From assembly GCA_947565915.1 (NCBI GenBank), contig CANOHY010000004.1, positions 9,254-73,253 of the forward strand: a DNA stretch of 64,000 bases, given 5' to 3'. Of the stretch, positions 45,733 through 54,205 are shown piece after piece; within the stretch, counting starts at the first letter, position 1, and each line of letters opens with the position of its first letter. Below the pieces are notes generated by a model, which saw nothing but the letters and a program-made list of their open reading frames with translations, made no database searches and was not told the DNA's origin. The DNA is from an uncultured Eggerthellaceae bacterium. Its GTDB lineage: Bacteria; Actinomycetota; Coriobacteriia; Coriobacteriales; Eggerthellaceae. The translations under genes and the position numbers were made by a program.

Positions 45733-45874
45733 GAAGAACCGTCGGCGCGCAAAATTCAAAAATCGCGACCAGCGATTTTTACTTCATAGGCGCAACGTCA
45801 GGCGACCGCATTTTCCGAAAACATCCAGTGAATGTTTTCGGAAAACAGGGTAGCCGTGGTTCGGAGAAGGGCTG
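45733..45874 (+). repeat. copy B of the 142-nt dispersed intergenic element
   Basis: It is the reverse complement of 5916-6057 (about 90% in my hand alignment) with hairpins at 45758-45780 and 45811-45845. It lies between the hypD stop and the cydA start. Confidence 0.85.
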
Positions 45875-45886
45875 GCAACTTGCGTT

Positions 45887-46984
45887 TTAGTAATACCTGT
45901 AGTAGGCGGCGCACGTCCCCTCGCTCGACACCATGCAAGGGCCTATGGGATTCTCGGGCGTGCAAACCGTGCGGAACAGCGGGCATTCCTTGGGCGTCAT
46001 GATGCCCCTCAGCACATCCCCGCACTTGCAGCCCTTGGGCTCCACCGTGGGCTCGACCTCGGGCTGGAAGCGCTTGACCGCATCATAGGCTTCGAATTCA
46101 TCCCGAATGCGATACCCACTTTCGGGAATGTCGCCCAAACCTCGCCATGTAGCCGTGCAGGTTTCGAATACCTCGTCGATGGCCGCAAGCGCCGTAGGGT
46201 TACCTTGGGGCATCACGCCACGCGCATAGGCGATCTCTATCTCGGCTCGGCCTTCATGAAGTTGGCGCATGATCATGGCGATGCCCTGCAGCACGTCAAC
46301 CGGCTCGAATCCGGTTATCACGCCAGGGATGCCATAACGCTGAGCCAGGAATTGGTAAGGCTTGGCCCCTATGATGGTGCTCACGTGCCCAGGCAGGATG
46401 AGCGCATCTACCTTCAAGCGCTCGTCCGACACGATGGCCTCCAGCGCGCCTGGCATGTTCTTGTGCGCTCCGAATACGCTGAAGTTTCGCAGGCCTGCAT
46501 CGGCTGCGCGCTTGATGGCACGCGCTACCAGCGGCGTGGTGGTCTCAAAGCCAACTCCCACGAATACCACCTGCTTGCTGGAATCGGCTTCGGCGAGGGC
46601 AAGCGCATCGAGTGGCGAGTAGACCACCTGCACGTCTGCGCCTGCCGCTTGCTCAGCAAGCAAGCTCGAGGTAGACCCCGGAACGCGCGTCATGTCGCCA
46701 AAAGTGGCAAGCGTCACACCGGGCACGCGTGCCAGCGCGATGGCTGTGTCGATGTCGTGGTTGCACGTGACGCACACCGGGCATCCCGGCCCCGAAGACA
46801 GAACCGTTCCCTCGGGCATGAGGTCGCGGATTCCCGCGCGAGCGATGGCTACCGTATGCGTGCCGCACACCTCCATCAGACGCGCGCCGCCACTGGGCGC
46901 GAACGCACGAATGGCTTCCACCATCTCACGAGCGAGGGTTGGGTCCTTGAACTTGCGCAGCTGTGCGTCGAGCGCGTTTTCCAT
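45887..46984 (-). CDS. hypD: hydrogenase formation protein HypD
   Basis: 365 aa with EVCGTHT, GPGCPVCV and the C-terminal ...CKCGDVLRG...PENPIGPCMVSSEGTCAAYY motif. Confidence 0.92.
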   Translation of the reverse strand: MENALDAQLRKFKDPTLAREMVEAIRAFAPSGGARLMEVCGTHTVAIARAGIRDLMPEGTVLSSGPGCPVCVTCNHDIDTAIALARVPGVTLATFGDMTRVPGSTSSLLAEQAAGADVQVVYSPLDALALAEADSSKQVVFVGVGFETTTPLVARAIKRAADAGLRNFSVFGAHKNMPGALEAIVSDERLKVDALILPGHVSTIIGAKPYQFLAQRYGIPGVITGFEPVDVLQGIAMIMRQLHEGRAEIEIAYARGVMPQGNPTALAAIDEVFETCTATWRGLGDIPESGYRIRDEFEAYDAVKRFQPEVEPTVEPKGCKCGDVLRGIMTPKECPLFRTVCTPENPIGPCMVSSEGTCAAYYRYY

Positions 46985-46989
46985 GGCGC

Positions 46990-47238
46990 TTAGGCCTTGT
47001 CTGACAGAAGAGGGTCGTCCACCAAATCAGCCATCTCGGCAATGAGGTCGAGCGTCTCTTGGGCGTACTGTTCGTCCACCACTTCGATTGCGAAGCCGGC
47101 ATGCACCAAGACGTAGTCGCCTTCCTGCGCCTGAGGCGTCAGGTCCAGCGCGATGTCGCGTTCGGCTCCCATGGCGCTCACATGCGCCATGCCGTCATCT
47201 TCGATGCGCACGATCTGCATTGGTATGGCAAGGCACAT
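46990..47238 (-). CDS. hypC: hydrogenase assembly chaperone HypC/HupF
   Basis: 82 aa beginning MCLAIPMQIV. Confidence 0.9.
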   Translation of the reverse strand: MCLAIPMQIVRIEDDGMAHVSAMGAERDIALDLTPQAQEGDYVLVHAGFAIEVVDEQYAQETLDLIAEMADLVDDPLLSDKA

Positions 47239-47262
47239 AGCCGTCCTTTCGTCCCCGCTATT

Positions 47263-49851
47263 CTAGCGCGAAGCCGAAGCCACCACCCCTTGCCCATAGG
47301 AAATGCATCCATCGTTCGGCGGCAGGCTGCCGCTCAACGCCACGGTGAACCCGCGCGCACCCAGTTGCAAGGTCGCCTGCGTGACTAGGTAACGGTTCAT
47401 GAAGCAGCCGCCCGAAATCGCCACCAAGCTAATGTCGTACATGCTGCGCACCAGCTCGGCCAAAGTTGAAATGGCGCCCACTACGGCCCGATGGAATCGC
47501 AGCGATATGACGCCGATTTCCACGCCTGCCTGCAGATCATCCAAAATGGCACGCAACGTGGATTCACCATCGAGCAACACTACCGAGGTGTCATGCGCCG
47601 TGCTGCTGGATGTTGCGGCGTTCTTCTGCAGCGCGAAGGCGTAGCGCTCGTCCACTTGGACAAGCTCCTCGCCAGTAACCACATCTTCATCGGCACGGCA
47701 GGCATCGAGCAAGATGGCTGCCTCGCCTTCGTAGGTCGGCTCGCGGCACACACCCAAAAGCGCCGACACCCCATCGAAGAAGCGCCCCATCGAGGAAGTG
47801 AGCGGCGTGTTCAGGCCCCGCTCGATCATCTGGTCGCAGATCGCTGCTTGCTCGCCAAGATAACCCAACAGGTCGCGCGCTGCAGGATGATCGAGCAAGT
47901 CGTAGCTCCAAAGCATGCCATAAGCCATGCGCGCTGGATGCTCGATTGCCGCCTGACCTCCCGGCAAGGGCATGTAGGCCAGATTCGCAAAGCGCTCGTA
48001 GTCCACCTGGTTGGCCAAGAGCACCTCCCCGCCCCAGATGTTGCCATCGGCACCAAAGCCCGTACCATCGAAGACGATGCCGCAGCATGGACCATACAGG
48101 TCGTGCTCGCCAAGCACCGAGGCCACATGAGCGTGATGGTGCTGCACTTCCGTAAGCGGCATGCCCGTGCGCATCGATTCCTTGCGCGCCCATTTCGACG
48201 TGAGGTACTCCGGATGCGCATCGCAAGCCAAGAAGCGCGGCGCAAGCATGAAGAGGCTTTGAAGGCGGTCCTTCGCCTCGCACCATGCATCCATCACGTC
48301 GGCGTCCTCCACATCGCCGATATACTGCGAAACATAGGCTTGACCTGCCTGGATGAATGCCAAGGTATTCTTTTGCTCGGGGCCAACGGCAAGCACCGCT
48401 CCTCGCTCGCGCACTGTGCTCGCCTGCGCATCGCCAGCACGTGCGCCAACTGCGAGATCTTGCGCGTCAGTGTTGGCGTTGGCTTCGGCGTTGGTTTCGG
48501 CGTCGACGTTGGCAGCATCGTTCGAATCGTTCGCGTCGATTGCGTCGGCAACAGCTGCCTGCGCCTGATTGGCCACTTCGCCTTCGCCTTGCTGACCTTC
48601 AGTTCCGTAGCCTACCGGAAGCGGCACCGGAGCATAGCCCCGCGCACGACGCAGGAACTGGACGGCGTCCTGTTCGCCTAGCTGCAGCACGCGCAGCACC
48701 GAATCGTCGAAACGCGACAGGATGGGCCGGTTGTTGCCCAAAATGGCATCGGCAATGGGCAGCAGGCGCTCCACTGCCTGCGCATCATCAATCACGATGG
48801 GCTCATCGTGGCTGTTTCCCGATGTCATCACAAGCAGGTCTCTGCCTGTAGCCCGCTTGAAGTCACCGATCAGAAGCACCTGCACAGGCGTAGCGGGAAG
48901 CATCACGCCCAATTCAGGCAGCTCATCGGCAAGCCCTTGCGCCATCGACGCCTCTTCGCGCTTGCACAGCAGCACGATTGGACGAGCAGGCGATTCCAGC
49001 AGCTGCTCCTCCGCTGCAGACACCTCGCAGTAGCGCCGTGCATCATCTGCACTTGATGCCATCACGGCAAACGGCTTGCCATCGCGCTTCTTGCGCGCGC
49101 GCAGGCGCGCAACTGCCTGCTCGTTGGCGGCATCGCATACCAAATGGAAGCCACCAAGCCCCTTTACGGCCACGATGCCACCAGAAGCCAGCAGCTCCAC
49201 TGCGCGCGCCAGAAGCTCGTCAGACGTTTCTCGATTCGTAGCGCTCAATTCCACCAGCTGCCCATCTTCGCCTTGCTGGACCCATGTGAGCTCAGGCCCA
49301 CATGCAAAGCAAGCATCGGGCTGGGCATGGAAGCGACGATCTGCTGGGTCGGCATATTCCCGCGCACATTGAGAGCACATCTCGAAAGCGCGCATCGAAG
49401 TGTTCGCGCGATCGTAGGGCAGCGCGCTGATTATGGTGAAGCGGGGGCCGCAATTGGTGCAGTTGATGAATGGGTAGCGAAAGCGCCGGTTGCGCTCGTC
49501 CAGCAGCTCGCGCGCGCAGTCGTCGCAGATTCCCAGATCGGCAGATATCTGCGTAGGATTGGCTGTGTCGCCTGCGTTCGACTCGCGAATCTCAAAGGTG
49601 GTGCAGTCTTGCAGCACAACCTCGGTGAGCTCGATTTGCTCCACCTTCGCCGCAACAGGTTGCGACTGAGCAAGCTCCATCACGAACTCGTCGAGATGCT
49701 CGGTTTCGGCTTCGGCATGAATCAGCACGCCGTCGGGGTCGTTCAGCACCCAGCCATCCACCAAGCAATGCTTTGCCAAGCGGTAGACGAACGGCCGAAA
49801 GCCCACTCCCTGCACGATGCCTCGAACGCGGATGTCGAGCGCTTCTCTCAT
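47263..49851 (-). CDS. hypF: carbamoyltransferase HypF
   Basis: It has an acylphosphatase domain (VRGIVQGVGFRPFVY), two CxxC-x18-CxxC zinc fingers, a YrdC-like domain (VAVKGLGGFHLVCDA) and a Kae1-like C-terminus. It carries a ~65-aa low-complexity insert. Confidence 0.92.
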   Translation of the reverse strand: MREALDIRVRGIVQGVGFRPFVYRLAKHCLVDGWVLNDPDGVLIHAEAETEHLDEFVMELAQSQPVAAKVEQIELTEVVLQDCTTFEIRESNAGDTANPTQISADLGICDDCARELLDERNRRFRYPFINCTNCGPRFTIISALPYDRANTSMRAFEMCSQCAREYADPADRRFHAQPDACFACGPELTWVQQGEDGQLVELSATNRETSDELLARAVELLASGGIVAVKGLGGFHLVCDAANEQAVARLRARKKRDGKPFAVMASSADDARRYCEVSAAEEQLLESPARPIVLLCKREEASMAQGLADELPELGVMLPATPVQVLLIGDFKRATGRDLLVMTSGNSHDEPIVIDDAQAVERLLPIADAILGNNRPILSRFDDSVLRVLQLGEQDAVQFLRRARGYAPVPLPVGYGTEGQQGEGEVANQAQAAVADAIDANDSNDAANVDAETNAEANANTDAQDLAVGARAGDAQASTVRERGAVLAVGPEQKNTLAFIQAGQAYVSQYIGDVEDADVMDAWCEAKDRLQSLFMLAPRFLACDAHPEYLTSKWARKESMRTGMPLTEVQHHHAHVASVLGEHDLYGPCCGIVFDGTGFGADGNIWGGEVLLANQVDYERFANLAYMPLPGGQAAIEHPARMAYGMLWSYDLLDHPAARDLLGYLGEQAAICDQMIERGLNTPLTSSMGRFFDGVSALLGVCREPTYEGEAAILLDACRADEDVVTGEELVQVDERYAFALQKNAATSSSTAHDTSVVLLDGESTLRAILDDLQAGVEIGVISLRFHRAVVGAISTLAELVRSMYDISLVAISGGCFMNRYLVTQATLQLGARGFTVALSGSLPPNDGCISYGQGVVASASR

Positions 49852-49908
49852 AGCCTCATCCCTTCACGCATGCGATACCGCAAACCGAGCACCGCCGGCG
49901 GGGGATCG

Positions 49909-51636
49909 CTAATCTCTGCCTTGCAAGTCTGCCAGAACCTCAGATACGAGGTCGGCCAGGCGGCGAAGCGTTACACCATGGTTATCCGGCAAATGCACGT
50001 ACAAGCAACGTCGCCCTCGCTCCATCAGCACCGATGCGTCGCCTGCTGCCTGAGCATGCTCCAACGTGCCCAGGCTAGGGGACGCTTGTCCCTCAAGGGC
50101 GATGTCGTCAGACTCGTTGCCCGAAAGCACCAGATAAACGCCCTGGTTGGGGCCACCTTTTTGCAGCTGGCCGGTCGAATGCAGGTAGCGTGGACCTATC
50201 TCCAGGCACGATGCTACGCCAAAGCAGCTCGCCACAGCACAGCGGATGTCCTCAAGCGCTTGCTTGCGCGCATCGTCCTCGAAGGGAACGAAGGCGTTGA
50301 TGGCGAAATAGTCGCCAGGCTGGATGGATTGAAGCAGCGCCTTCAAGGCACCCCGCACCGAACGCTCGCCGTCCAAGTTTGGCGAGAGCTTCAGCTCGGC
50401 CAGCTGCTCGGGAGCATCGGAAGCGAAGATGCCGCAGAAGTCAGGTTCTGGAAGCCCCGTGCTCAGAATCTCGCTTACGCATGCCTTGGCCGAAGCCACA
50501 TCGGGTTGGTCGAAGGGGCACACACCCATCAAATACCCGCAAAGCGCCGTAGCATACTCCCACACCATGAAGTGCCAGGCCAATTCAGCTGCCGAAGCCA
50601 CTTCGAATGCCACGCGCGGAATAGAAGCGTCGATGCACCTTGCCGACGCCTCGAATACCTCGGCTTCTGCGGACGAAGCGCCCGGCAGGCGATAGATCAC
50701 GGCTGCTCGGTCGGCTGCAGGCGCTTCAAGCTGCGCGGGCTCTGTCTCCAAATAGGGCAGGATTCCCTTGCCCTCCTTGCCCGTGCTCTCGGCTAGCAGC
50801 TGCTCGATCCAAAGGCCCAGCACACGCCCTTGCTTGGGCGCCACGTAAGCCAGCTTGTTGCGCCCTTCTTCGTAGGCGCCGAACAAGAATGCCGCCAGTT
50901 GCACCGCGGGGTTGTCGGCAGCGTCGCGCGCGCAAGCCTCCTCGGCTGCACGGCCCTGCGCTATAAGCTCGTCGAGCGAGATGCCCACCAACGCCGCCGG
51001 GAACAGACCGAACACCGAAAGCGCGCTGAAGCGACCACCCACCGTTGGTTCGCCATGCAGAATAGCGGCCCAGCCTTCTTCCTTGGCGCGCCGCTCCAGA
51101 CCCGAACCGGGATCGGTTATGGCCACCAGATGCTGCGATAGCTCGCACTGATCCATGACCTGCAAGAACTCTTGGCTTACCGCCGCAAGCAGCGTTTTCA
51201 TCTCCAACGTAGAACCGCTCTTCGACGCTGCGATGACCAAGGTATGAGCTGGGTCCACTTCCCCCAACGCTTTGCGTAGACGCACGGGCGAGTCGGAGTC
51301 CAGCACGCGAAAGCGCATGCCAACCCGCGAGCGCTGCTCGCCTTGGAAGCACTTCGTCAGCGTCATGGCTGCCTGAGTGGAACCGCCTTGCCCGATAAGC
51401 AACGCATCTTCGAAGCCGGCATCGATGAAGCTGCGTGCAACTTGCTGGATATGCTCGATGCTGCAAGGCGGGTTGGACGCAAGGTCGGACCAGCCCATGA
51501 AGTCGCGGGCGCATTGCTGCGCCGCCTGCGAGAAGCCGTACAACGTGGCGTCTTTCGCATGTATGCGACTCGCAGCCTTCTCGCGCACCAGGCGCTCGAC
51601 GATGCTGTTGGATGGTTTTGGTTCTATGGTCATCAT
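49909..51636 (-). CDS. pgi: glucose-6-phosphate isomerase (SIS-domain family)
   Basis: It has ...LIGQGGSTQAAMTL..., ...AASKSGSTLE... and a TVGGRFSALSVFGLFP PGI signature. The ATG at 51636 (MMTIEPKP) is preferred over the track start at 51762, which would overlap the upstream gene. Confidence 0.7.
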   Translation of the reverse strand: MMTIEPKPSNSIVERLVREKAASRIHAKDATLYGFSQAAQQCARDFMGWSDLASNPPCSIEHIQQVARSFIDAGFEDALLIGQGGSTQAAMTLTKCFQGEQRSRVGMRFRVLDSDSPVRLRKALGEVDPAHTLVIAASKSGSTLEMKTLLAAVSQEFLQVMDQCELSQHLVAITDPGSGLERRAKEEGWAAILHGEPTVGGRFSALSVFGLFPAALVGISLDELIAQGRAAEEACARDAADNPAVQLAAFLFGAYEEGRNKLAYVAPKQGRVLGLWIEQLLAESTGKEGKGILPYLETEPAQLEAPAADRAAVIYRLPGASSAEAEVFEASARCIDASIPRVAFEVASAAELAWHFMVWEYATALCGYLMGVCPFDQPDVASAKACVSEILSTGLPEPDFCGIFASDAPEQLAELKLSPNLDGERSVRGALKALLQSIQPGDYFAINAFVPFEDDARKQALEDIRCAVASCFGVASCLEIGPRYLHSTGQLQKGGPNQGVYLVLSGNESDDIALEGQASPSLGTLEHAQAAGDASVLMERGRRCLYVHLPDNHGVTLRRLADLVSEVLADLQGRD

Positions 51637-51730
51637 GGGTTTCTCGCTTCTCTTGCTTATGCTGCCACGCGCAGAACGACGGCGCGCGAAACAGGCGAGA
51701 TGCGCTCGCCAGAATGGGGTTCGGGGATTG

Positions 51731-53530
51731 TTAGCGGCGCGACGAGCTCCTGAACAAAGCAACGCATACCACAGCTACCGCCACGATCGCACATACCGCT
51801 AGAGGTAAAACGGGCAGCGTGTCGGAGGTCGAAGCAAGCTGGGTCTTAGAGGTATAGCCCTCATTGTTGCCATTCATGCCGTCAGCAGGACCTTCAATGG
51901 TAAACTGCGCATTCACCTCGGTGTTCCCGTCATCGAACACTGCAGTGATGGTGTGCGAGCCCAAGCCCTGACGCTCAAGGAATTCCGGGTAAAGCTTCAC
52001 CACGGTAGTGCCTGCCATGGAATCGTACTCGCTTATGACGATGGCCTTGTCGTCCACTTTCACGATGTGCTTGAAGCGGCCATAATCGGGCGAGAACGCG
52101 AACGTGAGGTCGTCGCTCGAGCCCTTGCGCCACACGGAATCGTTGCCGCTCACCAAGCTCGCATCGGCTAGATCGGTAGAGCGGAATACCATGGCCACAT
52201 TCGGAGTGGTGGGAGTGGTGGGAGTGGTGGGATCGGTGTCCGTACCATCGCCAGTGCCATCTCCTTCGTCGGCAGTGTCGAGCGAACCGCCGTTGCCATC
52301 GCCCTCGGTGCCCGTATCCGAACCGGTATCGGAACCCGTACCAGGCGTGTTGGTGGTGGAAAGGATGGTGGAGCCAAGAGCATACAGCTTGCCTAGATAC
52401 GTGCATGCAGCCGTACCGGAAAGCGCGCCGTCATGCGCCGTATAGGCATAGGAGCTGAAGGAGCTGCCGTCCCAGGGCATCAAGAACGTGTCGGAAGAGC
52501 CGTCCGAAGCCAACGGGCCCACCATCACGCAGCCCGAATCAGACCAGGCGAGCGAACCGTAATCGTAGGCGCGCTTGGAAGGATACGATGCCGCATTGGA
52601 GGGCACGGCAAATGTGGGGAACGCTCCCGAAGCAACTGTGGTCGAACCGTTGGCATACACCATGAGCTTGGGTGAGCCTGTGCCCGCTTGAAGCTCGTCC
52701 AGCGAATTGGCATACGATGCGATGCACAAGGAGCCGTTATAAGGTTCGATTTGGGGATTGACAACGCTTTGGCCAAGCGACCCCTTCTCCTCGAAGGCGC
52801 CCGCCGAAAGCTCGTAATCGTAGATGTTGCCCGTAGGCGAGCCGTTCAGCACACCACCTACAGCCTGGAGCACGCCTGCGTTGTTCACCAAGCCGCATGC
52901 GATGGGCAGCGAATCCGACGACGCCGCGATCCATTCAGGGAACTCGTCATCGAGGTTCAGCATGTACACGCGCTGGCGCGGATTCGCAGCATGGACAGGA
53001 TACCCTTCATCGTTGGTATCCATAGTGGTGCCAGTCCAAACCAGATAGCCCATCTTGTCGGCCGTAGCACCGAACTTCACCACGCTGCAATACTCAAGCC
53101 ACTCGGGAACACCTGGCTGAAACGACCACGTGCCCGATTTGATGTCGAAGCGCTCGCACGAACGGAAGGCACTGGTGAACCCTCCATCCTGCAGCGGGAA
53201 GGCAATCTCGCGGAAATAATACAGGCCATCGCCCGAACCCACCAGGATGCCATCGTTGAGCACGTTGGTGGCATGCGAGCATATATCCAAGTCGGCACCG
53301 CTCATGAACTCGTTGCTAGTGGTAAGCGGAGGCGCCGTGAGCGTGCTGGGATACAGCGACGCCGTAGCCTGCGTTTCGATTTCTTCCTCGGCAGGGGCGA
53401 AGCCCACGACGCGATAGAAGAGATCCTGAAAGAAGTTTCCCGATGAACCATCATCGGCAAAGGCAACTGCCGGGCACATGGACAGCGCCAGCAGCAATGC
53501 CACGATTAAACGAGCGCTCTTCTGCAGCAT
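51731..53530 (-). CDS. secreted surface protein, hypothetical (signal peptide, beta-propeller-like N-domain, Thr/Pro/Asp/Gly linker, Ig-like domain, C-terminal hydrophobic anchor)
   Basis: It has the signal peptide MLQKSARLIVALLLALSMCPAVAFA and a GAGGGAA RBS. The C-terminus reads ...QLASTSDTLPVLPLAVCAIVAVAVVCVALFRSSSRR. Confidence 0.6.
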   Translation of the reverse strand: MLQKSARLIVALLLALSMCPAVAFADDGSSGNFFQDLFYRVVGFAPAEEEIETQATASLYPSTLTAPPLTTSNEFMSGADLDICSHATNVLNDGILVGSGDGLYYFREIAFPLQDGGFTSAFRSCERFDIKSGTWSFQPGVPEWLEYCSVVKFGATADKMGYLVWTGTTMDTNDEGYPVHAANPRQRVYMLNLDDEFPEWIAASSDSLPIACGLVNNAGVLQAVGGVLNGSPTGNIYDYELSAGAFEEKGSLGQSVVNPQIEPYNGSLCIASYANSLDELQAGTGSPKLMVYANGSTTVASGAFPTFAVPSNAASYPSKRAYDYGSLAWSDSGCVMVGPLASDGSSDTFLMPWDGSSFSSYAYTAHDGALSGTAACTYLGKLYALGSTILSTTNTPGTGSDTGSDTGTEGDGNGGSLDTADEGDGTGDGTDTDPTTPTTPTTPNVAMVFRSTDLADASLVSGNDSVWRKGSSDDLTFAFSPDYGRFKHIVKVDDKAIVISEYDSMAGTTVVKLYPEFLERQGLGSHTITAVFDDGNTEVNAQFTIEGPADGMNGNNEGYTSKTQLASTSDTLPVLPLAVCAIVAVAVVCVALFRSSSRR

Positions 53531-53655
53531 TTATATTCCCTCGCTCGATGTAACCAAAACCGGTTTTCGATACATATGCTTGAATTATACACGCAGTTGT
53601 GATTATTTCGAGAAACATACGGTAATAATCTTTGCGAACGTACGCCTCTCATCAG

Positions 53656-53748
53656 GCGATAGGCCGCTACTTTTGGCCATGCGATAGGCACTGCGATGGG
53701 CGATTGCGGTGAGCCGCTGTCGCACAGCGGGAACCCAGGGCCGATAGG
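53656..53748. repeat. four GCGATRGG-type direct repeats in an intergenic region
   Basis: GCGATAGGC occurs at 53656 and 53681, GCGATGGGC at 53693, and CCGATAGG at 53741. A 7-bp hairpin CCGCTGT/ACAGCGG lies at 53713-53729. Confidence 0.7.
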
Positions 53749-53785
53749 GAAGGTTCGATTTCGCTACCTAGCATCGATTTTCCCG

Positions 53786-53877
53786 TCGAGAGTATGTTTG
53801 CGCATTTCGAAACCATACTCTCGAGACTTCAACTTGCTCCTCGGAAGCGAAAGAAGTTCTCGGTGCATACTCTCGAG
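53786..53877. repeat. three copies of an 11-12-mer (one inverted, two direct): TCGAGAGTATG / CATACTCTCGA(G)
   Basis: The copy at 53786-53796 is the reverse complement of 53814-53824. A third copy, CATACTCTCGAG, lies at 53866-53877. Confidence 0.85.
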
Positions 53878-53942
53878 GGCAAAACTCGATGTCGTTAAGC
53901 AGATTCTATCCTCGCACACAGAAACCGACGAGCAATGTTCGC

Positions 53943-54203
53943 TCATTGGATGATCTGGAACAAGAGGCCCACGATTGCAATGCCCGCAACCACAGCTACG
54001 CCTATGCAGACCAGCACCAAGCGCGACATGCGACGCTCTACGCGCCTGAGCTCGCGACGGAAATCCTGCGAGGTGTACGGCACGCGCGAGCGGCGACCGC
54101 TCAGAAGCTCACGATCGCTTACCCAAAGGCGCGGGCCATCCAGGCCATCGTTTCGCGGCGCATAGCCACGAGCCGCGAAGGAATCGATTGGTGGCACTGT
54201 CAT
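53943..54203 (-). CDS. small hypothetical protein with C-terminal TM helix
   Basis: 86 aa from ATG 54203, which is 2 nt after the upstream stop and suggests translational coupling. It ends in LVLVCIGVAVVAGIAIVGLLF. Support is weak. Confidence 0.35.
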   Translation of the reverse strand: MTVPPIDSFAARGYAPRNDGLDGPRLWVSDRELLSGRRSRVPYTSQDFRRELRRVERRMSRLVLVCIGVAVVAGIAIVGLLFQIIQ

Positions 54204-54205
54204 GG

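Noticed and set aside
45544-45886. Small ORFs (71-82 aa) overlapping copy B of the repeat, and 5770-6006 overlapping copy A
   Set aside because: The ORFs at the two copies lie in different frames and strands, and they are not conserved as protein between copies. Substitutions preserve the hairpin rather than a reading frame.
53656-53877. CRISPR-like array
   Set aside because: The repeats are only 8-12 nt with irregular spacing and mixed orientation, and no cas genes are in the window. This is not a CRISPR array. I saw no other array-like periodicity in the intergenic regions.
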